Positions 50,445 through 61,175 of a stretch of DNA of 64,000 bases are shown piece after piece. The stretch comes from Alphaproteobacteria bacterium. Its GTDB lineage: Bacteria; Pseudomonadota; Alphaproteobacteria; MPNO01; UBA830. The stretch lies in contig OZ251539.1 in assembly GCA_965243135.1 (NCBI GenBank), positions 4,032,001 to 4,096,000 on the forward strand, in the 5' to 3' direction. The stretch's first letter is position 1. The number at the start of each line of letters is the position of its first letter. The translations under genes and the position numbers were made by a program. The notes beneath the pieces were generated by a model. That model saw only the letters and a list, made by a program, of their open reading frames with translations, was not told the origin of the DNA and did no database searches.

Positions 50445-53400
50445 TGCCACTCGCGGATCGGGTTCAGGTTTCACGGCGCTTCCAGCGGGCGGTTCGGATC
50501 GATACCGATTTCGGGGACGCTCTCGAAGGATACGTCTGTCCCCGATCGTCAACCAACGTTCTTGAAAACATGGCGCACCAGGTTTCCGAAAGCGGACAAG
50601 GCGCCTTCACCTGGACCGGGCCTTACGGCAGCGGCAAATCGAGTCTCGCGGTCGCCTTCGGCGCCGTCCTCGGCGGCAAAATCCAGCCGGAGCCGATATT
50701 CGGCCGGGAAACGTCCGCGATCCTGAAGCATGCCTTTCCCCCCAGACCGGTTCTTCCGGTCGTAGGCCGGAGGGAGCGCCCGGCAACGGTGATCGGCGAG
50801 GCGCTCTCGAATCTGACGACCGGCCGGAAGCGGCGAAGCTGGACGGAAAAGCAGGCGCTCGACGCGATCGGAGACATTTCGACGCGCGGCCCCGGCCTTC
50901 TCGTGCTCATCGACGAAATGGGCAAATTCCTGGAAGCGGCGGCGCGCGACGGATCGGACATCCATATTTTTCAACAGTTGGCCGAAATCGCGTCGAGAAG
51001 CGGCGGACGTTTGATCCTCGTCGGCATTCTGCATCAGGCGTTCGAGGAATACGCGCATCGGCTGTCGAGAGAAATGCGAAGCGAATGGTCGAAAATCCAG
51101 GGCCGTTTCATGGACCTCGCCGTCAATGCCGGCGGCGAAGAGCAGATCGACCTGCTCGGGCGCGCGATCGAAAGCGACCGCACGGCGGAACCTGCCGGCG
51201 CGCTGGCCGAAGGCGTCGCTCGCCTCTCCCGAAACTCCACGTCTCCGCATCTGGCCAAGACGCTGGAAGACTGCTGGCCGTTGCACCCAATCGTCGCATG
51301 CCTGCTCGGCCCCATATCGCGGCGGCGTTTCGGCCAGAACCAGCGCAGCGTATTCGGCTTTCTGAATTCCGCGGAACCCGAGGGATTTCAGGACTTCATT
51401 CTCAACGCGGGCGACGACGACCTCTACGGTCCCGATCGTCTGTGGGACTACCTCCGGATCAATCTCGAATCCGCCATACTCGCCTCGCCGGACGGACATC
51501 GCTGGGCGTTGGGGGTGGACGCCCTGGGCCGCTGCGAGGCGTTGGGGGGAGAAGCGCTGCATCTTCGTTTGCTCAAAACGGTCGCGATCGCGGATCTGGT
51601 CAAGGATCGCTCCAGACTGCCCCCGAGCGAGGAACTGTTGAAATACGCCGCATACGATTGCGAACGGCGGAAAATCGACGGCGCCTTGGAGCAGTTGCAA
51701 CAATGGTCTCTGATCGTCTTCCGGAAGTTCGCGGACGCTTATTCGCTCTTCGAGGGCAGCGACTTCGATATAGAGCGCGCAGTGGAGCAGGCGTCCGAGA
51801 GCGAGGTCGACTTCGAAGCGCTCAATTCGATGGCCCGCCTTCAACCGATCGTGGCCAAGCGGCACTATCACGAGACAGGCGCGCTTCGTTGGTTCGACGT
51901 ACGCATCGTCTCTTTGGCGCGATCCGAGGAGGAAGCCGTTGGCTATCAGCCGCGCAACGGCGCCATCGGAGCCTTCTTTCTCGCGATCCCGACGCAAGGC
52001 GAAGCCGAAGACGAGGCAAATGCGATTTGCCGCCGGATCGCCAAACGCAGCCGGGATATGGCGATCGTCGTCGGACTGTCGCGGCACAGCTGGAGCGTCC
52101 CCGCCTCGGCGATCGAATTATTGGCGCTTGAACGGGTGCGCGACGAGTCCGTCGAACTTCAAGGCGACCGCGTAGGTCGGATCGAGGTTCAAGCGCGCAT
52201 AGCAGGGCTGCAGGCACAGCTCGAAACCGAGCTGGAACGCGCCTTCGACCGCGCCTCCTGGTTCCACGGAGACGCCGGAGCAAGAACGCTCAGGCAGGCG
52301 GATCTCAACAGCTTCGCGTCCGATCTCGCCGAAGATATGTTTCCCTGCGCACCGCATCTTCCTAACGAGCTTCTCAACCGGACGAAGCCATCGAGCAGCG
52401 CAAGCGCCGCTCGCAACTCTCTACTGAAGAGAATGGTTCAAAAGGAAGGAGAGGAACGTCTGGGCATCGACGGTTATCCTGCCGAGCTCGGGCTTTTTGC
52501 ATCCCTGCTGGAGGCGACGAAACTGTATCGTCCGGCTGGGGATGCATGGCAATTTACCCCCCCCCCCCCCCCCAGAAAATGACGATTCTCATAACCTAAG
52601 CCTCGCGTGGCACGCGGTTGAATCCTATTTGAAATTAGAAACTCGCCGCGCAGTATCCCTAAGCGAGATATATTCAGTTTGGCGGCGTCCGCCTTTCGGA
52701 ATCAAAGACGGGCTGTTGCCCGTCCTGGCGGTGGCGTTCATTCTGTCTCGGCGAAAAATATTGGCGCTCTATCGCGAAGGGATATTCCAACCCCGCCTAT
52801 CGGAGCTCGACGTAGACTATATCCTCGGGGATCCGGCCGACATTCAATTGCGCTGGATGACGCTGTCCGAAACGTCGCGTCGTCTTCTGTCCGACATGGC
52901 CGAGGTCGTGCGCGAACTCGACAGCGAAAATGCGCTCAACGATCTTGAGCCTATCGACGTCGCCAGAGGTCTGGTGACGATCTACGATCGGCTGCCGCCT
53001 TGGGTCGGACGTACCCAGCGCCTTTCGCCCAACGCGAAACACATCAGAACGTTGCTGAAGAAGGCGAACGATCCCAACCGGCTTATCTTCGACGACATTC
53101 CAAGCGTATTGAGCGACGGCAAGAACGGTTCCGTCGAACGCGTCGCCAGCCGGGTCGGAGAAGGCCTGACGGAACTGCAAAAAGCATTTCCGGCGATGCT
53201 GTCCAGGATGAGAGAAATTTTGCTGGCGGAATTGGAGGTTCCGTACGCTTCGCCGCCGATGCTGGCGGAACTTCGGGCGCGTGCGGAGAACGCGCTCGAC
53301 CTTGCGGGGGATCATCGATTGCGGGCCTTTATCGTCCGTCTTTCGCGTTTCGAGGGGAAAGACGAAGATATGGAGAGTCTCGCGAGCATGGCCATCAACA

Positions 53401-53762
53401 AGCCGCCGCGCGACTGGGTCGACCCCGATATCGACCGCGCCCTCATCGCGCTGGCCGAAATGGCCCAACGTTTCGTGCGCCTGGAAGCGTTCGCCCATGT
53501 CAATGGGCGCAAGGACAAGAGGCACGCGATGGCCATGGTCGTCGGTCTGGACGGGCGCCCGGCGACGCTGCATGCCGAATTCGACGTCACCGATCTCGAC
53601 CGGCCCGGCGTCGAGTCGCTGCTCGATCGCATGGCATCGACATTAAAGGACAGCGGCGAGGAACGGCGCAACGTGATCCTGGCGGCGCTGTCCGAATTAA
53701 GCGCTCAATACCTGCAAACTTCCGGAAACGCCCATCGGCCGATGGAGCGGACCCTCACATGA
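50444..53762 (+). pseudogene. sspC: SspC-like P-loop ATPase, split by a frameshift at a C17 tract (possibly phase-variable or a read error)
   Basis: RRFQRAVRIDTD, TGPYGSGKS, LIDEMGKFLE, WSKIQGRF, WPLHP, FGQNQRSVFGFL; second half has RPPFGIKDG; removing one C fuses 50444-52582 with 52497-53762. Confidence 0.82.
52557..52573 (+). repeat. C17 homopolymer inside sspC-like gene
   Basis: 17 consecutive C exactly at the frame switch. Confidence 0.92.
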
Positions 53763-54589
53763 CGGAATGGCATGTCCTGGGGCTGTCGGGCGGGCGCGAC
53801 AGCGCCGCTCTCGCCGTCCATATGCGCGAGACGCATCCGGAGATCGACATCGAGTACTTTTTCACGGACACCGGAAAGGAGTTGCCGGAGGTCTACGAGT
53901 TCCTGGTGAAGCTGGAAGGCTTTCTGGGCAAACCGATCGTCCGCCTCAATCCCGACCGCGACTTCGATTTCTGGCTGAAGCGCTACAAGAACTTCCTGCC
54001 GTCGCCCCAATCCCGATGGTGCACGCGGCAACTGAAGCTTCGGCCTTTCGAGAACTGGATCAGATCGGCTCTGGATAACGGGACGAAGGTTTTCAGTTAC
54101 GTCGCCATTCGGGCGGACGAAGAATACAGGGAAGGTTACGCCGCGACGCACGCGGGGCTAAGCGTCCGGCTCCCCCTGAAAGAGGCAGGCGTCGATAAGT
54201 CCGGGGTATTGGAAATACTGGAAGGGGCCGGTCTGGGCTTGCCGGAGTACTACCGCTGGCGCACTCGCAGCGGGTGCACGTTCTGCTTCTTTCAACAAAA
54301 AATCGAGTGGGTTCGACTAATGGAACAGCACCCCGAGTATTTCGAAGAAGCCAAGCGCTACGAGAAAACCGCCGTCGAAAACGGTTCTCCCTTCACCTGG
54401 AGTCAGGGGGAATCGCTCAATGACTTGTCTCAACCCCAGCGGATCGCGCAAATCAAAGAAAATCACCAACGCCGGGTCGAAAGAATGCGCGACCGAATTC
54501 AGCTGAATCCGCTTCGGCCGGATAGAGAGCCAGTAGATATGGATGAAATCTACGGCAAGGCGAAGGCTTGCTTGGCGTGCCACAAATGA
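53759..54589 (+). CDS. sspD: PAPS reductase family PP-loop protein (SspD-like)
   Basis: LSGGRDS, FTDTGKELPEVY, RWCTRQLK, RSGCTFCFFQQK, C-terminal CLACHK; ATGA overlap with upstream gene. Confidence 0.88.
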   Translation: MTEWHVLGLSGGRDSAALAVHMRETHPEIDIEYFFTDTGKELPEVYEFLVKLEGFLGKPIVRLNPDRDFDFWLKRYKNFLPSPQSRWCTRQLKLRPFENWIRSALDNGTKVFSYVAIRADEEYREGYAATHAGLSVRLPLKEAGVDKSGVLEILEGAGLGLPEYYRWRTRSGCTFCFFQQKIEWVRLMEQHPEYFEEAKRYEKTAVENGSPFTWSQGESLNDLSQPQRIAQIKENHQRRVERMRDRIQLNPLRPDREPVDMDEIYGKAKACLACHK

Positions 54590-56199
54590 TGTCCGCTAGT
54601 TCAACACAACCCGGGCTTTCGCCGGAACGGATTTTCGAAGCCCTCGACGATGATCAGGCAACGCGCATTCTGCCCGGTGGCGCGTTCAAACTGATCCGTG
54701 AACTCGCCCCGGACCGGATCTCGGGGCAGAGGCGCGCCGAAACGTTGGGGAACATGTTGTCTCTCGAATCGGCCGTGGACGATCCAGATCGAAGGAGCGT
54801 TCTTTTGGATGCCGTACCCAACTTCAAGATAGCCGAGCTCGAAGAGAGAACCGAAACAGATATCGTGACGCTGCGGCGAAAACTGGATTTGGAGAAGTCG
54901 GTTCGACGGGCGCTTCTGGGTTTCTTCGGCGCTCCCACGTTCGACGAAGTGCCTGCCGACTCCCGCGGCGATGCGATGGCGGTGGAACCGGCGCGGGGCT
55001 TGTTCCCCCACCAGAAGCGCGTCGCGAGCGCCGTGGAGAAACATCTGCATTCCGGAGAAGGACGCGCCATGCTGCACCTTCCCACGGGTGTCGGTAAAAC
55101 GCGGGTCGCCATGAGCATCGTCGCCTCGCACCTTCGGACTCGCCCGGGGCTGGTACTGTGGCTGGCTGCCACTCGGGAACTTCTGGAGCAGGCAGCGGAA
55201 GAGTTTCGGGCAATGTGGCAGGTCGTTGGAGACCGCCCGATCGATTGCCTTTGCTTCTGGTCGCACCACGATCCGCCCATCGAAGAAGCAGAGTCCGGTA
55301 TCGTCATCGCTGGCTTGGCTAAGCTCCACTCTTACGGAAGAGAGAGGAAGCGGCTGTGGAATCTCGGCAATCGAACCTCGATGATGGTGTTCGACGAAGC
55401 TCACCAAGCTGTCGCCGAGACCTATCAGGACCTGGTCGAAACGATCGTCACCCGAAATCCTAGAACGCCGCTTCTCGGACTCAGCGCAACGCCGGGTCGC
55501 ACATGGGACAACCCCGCGATCGACGCGGCTGTCGCAACATTGTTCCAGGAAAACAAGGTTACGATGGATTTCTTGGGGAAAAACCCGATCCGGCACCTCA
55601 CGGATGAAGGCTACCTCGCCGAAATCGATTTCTCGCTATTGAACGTCAAGCCAGGATTGCGACTTTCGCCCGACGATCTTGCGGAGGTATCAGCCTCGCT
55701 GGATATCCCGGCCGGCGTCGCCGTCAGGCTAGGCGAGGACGAGCAGCGAAATCTCCGCATTGTTCAGAGATTGCTGCAACTGTCGGATGCGCATCGGCGC
55801 ATTCTGGTTTTCGCCGCCTCGGTTGCCAACGCGACGCTTCTAGCAGGTATATGCAAAGGCATTGGGCTTGAAGCCGACGCCGTCACCGGCAAGACAGCCC
55901 CGGCATTGCGCGAGCATGTGATTCAGCGGTTCAAGCGGTCGAGCGGTCCTCACAGGGTGTTGATAAATTACGGCGTGCTGACGACAGGGTTCGACGCCCC
56001 TGCAGTAAGTGCTGTGCTCATCGCAAGGCCGACAAAGTCTTTAGTTCTATACAGCCAGATGGTGGGACGGGCAATCCGCGGACCATTGGCTGGAGGGACG
56101 GAGCGCTGCGAAATCGTAACGGTAATCGATACGAACCTGCCGGGCTTCGGTGACGTGGCCGAGGCATTCACGAATTGGGAAGATGTCTGGAGTTGCTGA
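54586..56199 (+). CDS. SF2 DEAD/DEAH helicase (ResIII-like)
   Basis: LPTGVGKT, FDEAH, LSATP, LTTGFDAP, QMVGRAIRG; ATGA overlap with sspD. Confidence 0.92.
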   Translation: MMSASSTQPGLSPERIFEALDDDQATRILPGGAFKLIRELAPDRISGQRRAETLGNMLSLESAVDDPDRRSVLLDAVPNFKIAELEERTETDIVTLRRKLDLEKSVRRALLGFFGAPTFDEVPADSRGDAMAVEPARGLFPHQKRVASAVEKHLHSGEGRAMLHLPTGVGKTRVAMSIVASHLRTRPGLVLWLAATRELLEQAAEEFRAMWQVVGDRPIDCLCFWSHHDPPIEEAESGIVIAGLAKLHSYGRERKRLWNLGNRTSMMVFDEAHQAVAETYQDLVETIVTRNPRTPLLGLSATPGRTWDNPAIDAAVATLFQENKVTMDFLGKNPIRHLTDEGYLAEIDFSLLNVKPGLRLSPDDLAEVSASLDIPAGVAVRLGEDEQRNLRIVQRLLQLSDAHRRILVFAASVANATLLAGICKGIGLEADAVTGKTAPALREHVIQRFKRSSGPHRVLINYGVLTTGFDAPAVSAVLIARPTKSLVLYSQMVGRAIRGPLAGGTERCEIVTVIDTNLPGFGDVAEAFTNWEDVWSC

Positions 56200-56200
56200 A

Positions 56201-58075
56201 ATGGACCAACAACAGGAATTTGATTTTTCGATCGTCTCGGCCAAGCTCACGATCGAGGCCATGCGCGATAGCGGATACAAGGATACGGATCATGCGATTA
56301 CGGAACTTATCGATAATTCCGTAGAAGCGAAAGCTGACACCATCGAGATCATCGCTGTCGAGACTCCTCCAGAGCACGGCCAATTCTTTGCACGCTCCAA
56401 AGTGACTGAAATCGCCGTGGCTGACAATGGTCATGGAATGGATGAAGTTACGCTTAGGCGAGCGTTGAAGTTCGGCGATGGGACGAAACTTGATCGCATG
56501 AATCGTGGAATAGGAAGATTCGGTATCGGCCTACCACAATCCTCGATTTCTCAGTGCAAGCGCGTTGACGTCTGGACATGGCAAAATGGGCATGACAATG
56601 CCATCCGTTGTTATCTCGATATCGATGAAATCAAAACTCAGAATCGCTCGATCGTGCCGGACGCATTCCCGGATGCAGTTCCTGAACGGTGGCGATCAAT
56701 CGCGGGGAGCACATCCGAATCTACAGGAACGTTGGTCGTATGGAGTAAACTGGATCGCGTCAAATGGAGTGGCGGACAAAAAACCCTTGAGCGGACCGCA
56801 GAGCATTGTGGCCGGGTTTACAGAAAATTTCTGGACGGTCAATCCAATAAAATCTCTATTGATCTTGTGCTTGCCTTCGACGCAGACGGTACATTGGAAC
56901 AGACTTCATCACAGCAGTGCTATCCTAACGATCCTCTTTATCTTATGAATAATACCTCTACACCTAAGCCTTTCGATAATATCCCCATGTTCGAAAAATT
57001 TAATGAACGCAGATGGGAGGTGCCGGCGGCTGGTGTGCAAGGCAATCTTCGTGGCGAAATTAAAGTTGTATGTTCGCTTGCTCGTCTTGACGCAATTAAT
57101 CAAACTAAATCTACAATCACATGGCCATCTACGCACTATAATCCCGGAAGTTCGCCGTGGGGCAAACACGCGAATCGCAACAAAGGAGTTTCTATCGTCC
57201 GTGCCGGTAGGGAGTTGGAAATGAGCCTCGCTTGGGTAAATAACTACGAACCAGAGGAGCGGTGGTGGTCAGTAGAAGTCGAATTCGATCCATTACTCGA
57301 CGAATTATTTGGGGTAGTAAACAACAAGCAGCACGCTCACGCTTTCGTCAATGGCGCTGGTTTCGATTATACAGCACATATTTTTGATGGTGAAACACAA
57401 GGTGCTTTTCTAGAGAGGCTGCAAGAAACTGAAGACGATAGTCGTTATTTAATTCCGGTTTGGCAATGGATAGATAATCAGATTAAAGCGATGCGAAATG
57501 AGTACGATAAGAGGAAGGAAGGTACACGAACACGTCACCCACATCCGCAGACGGGTGAAGAAGTCGAAGACGTCGCGACAAAGATCATCAAAGAACAAGC
57601 AGAAAAAGGAGAAAAAGGCGACAGCGACAACGCTCCCGAAACGAGCCTTGAAGAAAAGGTTAAAATGATAACCAACTCGGCAAAGCAGAAGCGGGTAGAC
57701 GAACCAACAGCGGAGGAATGGGCAAGAGAAGTTATCGAAAGCGGGCGACGGGTGTTAATGAAAGCTGTTACATTAGGGCACAAAAATGCATTCTTCACCG
57801 TCGAATCTGTGAACGACATTATCGAAGTCTGGCTCAATCACGAACACCCAGTTTATCATAATCTTATAGAAGGATTGTCTAAAGATTTTGAAGGTGCAAC
57901 GCAGGACGAGCTGGTAAAGCGGCTGAAAAATGCATCGTTTACCCTCAATATGATGTTGATAGCTTGGGCTCGGTACGAAGATAAAACTCCGAACAGACTC
58001 GAATGCACTCTTGAGGACATGAGAATGGATTGGGGTAGAGAAGCTCGAAAATTCCTAGAGTCCATCGAATCATGA
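56201..58075 (+). CDS. GHKL (HATPase_c_3/MORC-like) ATPase
   Basis: AMRDSGY..AITELIDNS, ADNGHGM, IGRFGIG, TGTLVVW; visibly lower GC than flanks; alternative start at 56183. Confidence 0.88.
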   Translation: MDQQQEFDFSIVSAKLTIEAMRDSGYKDTDHAITELIDNSVEAKADTIEIIAVETPPEHGQFFARSKVTEIAVADNGHGMDEVTLRRALKFGDGTKLDRMNRGIGRFGIGLPQSSISQCKRVDVWTWQNGHDNAIRCYLDIDEIKTQNRSIVPDAFPDAVPERWRSIAGSTSESTGTLVVWSKLDRVKWSGGQKTLERTAEHCGRVYRKFLDGQSNKISIDLVLAFDADGTLEQTSSQQCYPNDPLYLMNNTSTPKPFDNIPMFEKFNERRWEVPAAGVQGNLRGEIKVVCSLARLDAINQTKSTITWPSTHYNPGSSPWGKHANRNKGVSIVRAGRELEMSLAWVNNYEPEERWWSVEVEFDPLLDELFGVVNNKQHAHAFVNGAGFDYTAHIFDGETQGAFLERLQETEDDSRYLIPVWQWIDNQIKAMRNEYDKRKEGTRTRHPHPQTGEEVEDVATKIIKEQAEKGEKGDSDNAPETSLEEKVKMITNSAKQKRVDEPTAEEWAREVIESGRRVLMKAVTLGHKNAFFTVESVNDIIEVWLNHEHPVYHNLIEGLSKDFEGATQDELVKRLKNASFTLNMMLIAWARYEDKTPNRLECTLEDMRMDWGREARKFLESIES

Positions 58076-59028
58076 TCCTGCTTGGAGAGCAGGTTTCATC
58101 TCTTCTCGAATCTGCGAAGAAAAGCGCATTGATTGTTGCACCGTTCATGCGTTCGGAAGCGCTGTCTAGACTACTGAATCATGTTCCGAACGATGTTGAA
58201 ACCACGATTGTTACGCGGTGGAGATTGGCGGATTTGCTTTCGGGCGCGTCGGATCTTGGCGTCTACGATCTAGCCGACGCAATGAATGCCGATCTGTTAT
58301 TGCGGTCCAATTTGCATGCCAAGCTGTTCGCCGCGGATAACAAATGTTTGGCGGGATCGGCCAACGTTACTTTTTCGGCGCTCGGGTGGCTGAAACCAGC
58401 CAACCTCGAATTGCTGATTTCTGTGCGTCGAGACGACGCGCTTATAGTCGAGTTTGAACGAGAACTTAAAGCCGGAGCGGTTCGAGCGACCGTGGCGCAA
58501 AGGGACCAACTCCAGAATTCTCTCGATCAGCTCCAGAATTCGACCTATGTGATTTCACCGGCGGAGGACGGCACACGAGCAACAGGCTTGCTGAACTCGT
58601 ACTGGATCCCCCGAATCAAAAACCCGGAAGATCTCTACGCGGTCTACAGTGGCAATGCCGACGCGGGCCAACCGCTCTTGCGAATCATGCGAGATGAACT
58701 GGCCGGGATCGGGGCACCGTCGGGACTGGATGAAGAAGGATTCAGGGCGTGGGTGGCTGGAACGATTACCCAAACACCGTTCTTTGCTGCGCTCACGAAG
58801 CACTTCGAAGGACACGGCGAGGTGACCGAGGCCGAGGTCGCGAGCATCTTGCAGGAATTTGGTGAGGAGGCGCACAACGCCCGAGAAATGCTGGAAATTG
58901 TCGGGCGTTGGTTTACATATTTCTTGCGGGAGCCCCACGAGACAGCGAGAGATACCGTCAAGCTGATCAAGGCTAAACGTTTCGGGTCCGCTTGGGTGCA
59001 ACGAGGGAATTCGGCTGCATCCGACTGA
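58072..59028 (+). CDS. Phospholipase D (HKD) superfamily nuclease-like protein
   Basis: IVAPFM, LHAKLFAAD (HxKxxxxD), GSANVT, NLEL; ATGA overlap. Confidence 0.85.
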   Translation: MILLGEQVSSLLESAKKSALIVAPFMRSEALSRLLNHVPNDVETTIVTRWRLADLLSGASDLGVYDLADAMNADLLLRSNLHAKLFAADNKCLAGSANVTFSALGWLKPANLELLISVRRDDALIVEFERELKAGAVRATVAQRDQLQNSLDQLQNSTYVISPAEDGTRATGLLNSYWIPRIKNPEDLYAVYSGNADAGQPLLRIMRDELAGIGAPSGLDEEGFRAWVAGTITQTPFFAALTKHFEGHGEVTEAEVASILQEFGEEAHNAREMLEIVGRWFTYFLREPHETARDTVKLIKAKRFGSAWVQRGNSAASD

Positions 59029-59467
59029 ATGCACTTATCGATCGCTGCCGCACTCCGAGGAATTTGGTGCGCGGGTACCGGAAAAATGGCCGGCAACTGC
59101 GTCCGCCGCGTCCGGGACCCTACGGAGCGTTTCGGAAGGTCGCAGTCGCCGCGCGCCCATTCTCAAGGGCGCCATAGCTTGGTTCGACGGGCCGTTCCGC
59201 AGTTCGCGCGATCTCTTGGGCCTTGGCGATACGCAATCCGTCGTCGAGGATTTCATCGATATTCTCGGGAGGCTTCCGCGACCGCCAACCGCATTCTCTT
59301 CCGGATCGCAAGTTTCCCGACAAGCGCCTTGACACCTTCCAATCCGCTTTACGACAATGAACCGTCGCGGGAGGAGGAGCGGACAGGCATGCAGCCGTCG
59401 CGCCGTGCTGCCGCGCCTCCGACGCAAGCGGATTCGGACGAGCGATGATTCCAGGCTGGAGGTCCGA

Positions 59468-59767
59468 GTGAACGATACCGTCGTCGCGCCAACCGCCGAG
59501 ACGCGGACAAAACGCCCGCGTCTCTACAAGGTCGTCCTCGAGAACGACGACTACACGCCCCGGGAATTCGTCGTCCTCGTGCTCAAAAAGGTCTTTCGCA
59601 TGTCGGCGGAAGAAGCCTATCGCGTCATGATGACCGCCCACTCGAAGGGACTTTGCGTCGTCGCGGTCTATACGAAGGAAGTCGCGGAAGCCAAGGCGGC
59701 GGAAGCGACCGATCTCGGACGCCGTGCGGGCCATCCGCTCCTCCTGACGATCGAGCCCGAGGAGTAG
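59468..59767 (+). CDS. clpS: ATP-dependent Clp protease adaptor
   Basis: LYKVVLENDDYTPREFVV..VMMTAH..EVAEAKA..HPLLLTIEPEE. Confidence 0.93.
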   Translation: MNDTVVAPTAETRTKRPRLYKVVLENDDYTPREFVVLVLKKVFRMSAEEAYRVMMTAHSKGLCVVAVYTKEVAEAKAAEATDLGRRAGHPLLLTIEPEE

Positions 59768-59929
59768 AGCGACGCTCCGGCGTCGCGGTGCGCCCTGCCT
59801 GCCCTGTCTCGTCCCGGCGCAAGCCGGAGGCAGAGTCCGGCCGAAGAACGGCCCGGCTCGCCCTCGTTCCGATTTTCCTTGCCGCCGCGCCGCCGGCCGC
59901 ATACCATCCTGCGCGGGAGACACGCCGAA

Positions 59930-60400
59930 TTGTTCACCTTGAGCCATACGATGCCGGTCAACGCTTCCGGGGGTCCGGCGCTCGCCCGTCGGCACCTCTG
60001 GCAAGGCCTGGTGCTGAAGGCGGAGAACCCGGTGCCCTTCCTGGAGGACATGACCGCCTGCACCGTCGTGGAGCGGAGCGAGAACGGGCTGCTGCGCGAC
60101 TTCACCCTTCGCGGCGAGAACATGCAGGAACGCGTCGCTTTCGAACCCGAGACGCGCGTCGTCTTCGAACGGACGAAGAGCTCCGCCATGGGCACGATCG
60201 TCAACGAGATCGTCGAGACGGAGGAGGACGGGCTGGCGCTGCGTTTCAGGTTTTCGCTGCAGGTCGACGGCATACCGCACGGCAGCGACGAGGAACGGGC
60301 CTATGCGGAACGGATGTCGCGGAGCTACTTCAAGGGCGTCGCCTCGACATTGGCCGAGATTCGCCGCCGCTTGACGGCCGGAGAACTGGAAACCACCTGA
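59930..60400 (+). CDS. SRPBCC/DUF1857 (AtaL-like) protein
   Basis: LWQGLVLKAENPVPFL..C.VVER..L.R; start approximate. Confidence 0.75.
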   Translation: MFTLSHTMPVNASGGPALARRHLWQGLVLKAENPVPFLEDMTACTVVERSENGLLRDFTLRGENMQERVAFEPETRVVFERTKSSAMGTIVNEIVETEEDGLALRFRFSLQVDGIPHGSDEERAYAERMSRSYFKGVASTLAEIRRRLTAGELETT

Positions 60401-60422
60401 CCAACATGCGGAGGCTACGACC

Positions 60423-60974
60423 ATGACCGAACTGCGCCGGATAGGGGGACTGCATCACTACGCCTACCGCTGCCGCAACGCGGAGGAGACGAGAAGCTTC
60501 TACGAGGACCTGCTGGGGTTGCCGCTCGCGCACGTCATCAAGGCGGACACCGTGCCGAGCACGGGCGCGTCGGATCCCTACGTCCATCTGTTCTTCGAGT
60601 TCTCGGACGGAAGCTACATCGCGTTCTTCGATCTCGGAGACGAGACCGCATGCGCTCCGGATCCGAACACGCCGTCCTGGGTCAACCATTTCGCGATGCA
60701 CGTCGGCACCGTCGCGGAAGTGGAGCGATGGAAGGCGCGGCTGGAAGAAGCGGGCGTCGATGTCGTGGGAGTGACGGATCACGGCTTCGTCAAATCCATC
60801 TACTTCTTCGATCCGAACGGCATGCGGCTGGAAATCACCTGCGAGGTGACGGGCGAGGAAGCGCGGCGCGAGCATCGCGACCGCGCCCGCGCCGACCTCA
60901 AGGCCTGGACCGACGGAAGGCCGCCGCCGCCGACGAACTTCTACGGCTTCGCCCGGCGGGCGGCGAACGCCTGA
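60423..60974 (+). CDS. VOC/glyoxalase family protein
   Basis: LHHYAYRC..ETRSFYEDLLG, HFAM, DHGFVKSIYFFDPNGMRLE. Confidence 0.9.
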   Translation: MTELRRIGGLHHYAYRCRNAEETRSFYEDLLGLPLAHVIKADTVPSTGASDPYVHLFFEFSDGSYIAFFDLGDETACAPDPNTPSWVNHFAMHVGTVAEVERWKARLEEAGVDVVGVTDHGFVKSIYFFDPNGMRLEITCEVTGEEARREHRDRARADLKAWTDGRPPPPTNFYGFARRAANA

Positions 60975-61175
60975 ATTGCCCGCGGCTTCGCTCCGCGACG
61001 CCGCCGTTCCGGTTCGCATCCAGGAGGAAGGCGAACCAAATGAAAGAATGCGTCGCGGCTCCCGGAGCGCGACGCGACGCCGACGGCGCATGAACGGGAA
61101 CCTGTCCCCGCCTCCCGCCTCGGTCGCGCCTTCCATGCTGCCCCGCTGTCGCCGGTCGGCCGCGTTTCGCGACCG

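Noticed and set aside
49521-54589. BREX type 4 system
   Set aside because: It shares DUF4007-like, ATPase and PAPS-reductase components, but pglZ and brxL are absent and a dedicated cysteine desulfurase is present, which fits Ssp better
47865-59467. att-like direct repeats bounding the defence island
   Set aside because: No clear direct repeat, integrase or tRNA found at either boundary by inspection
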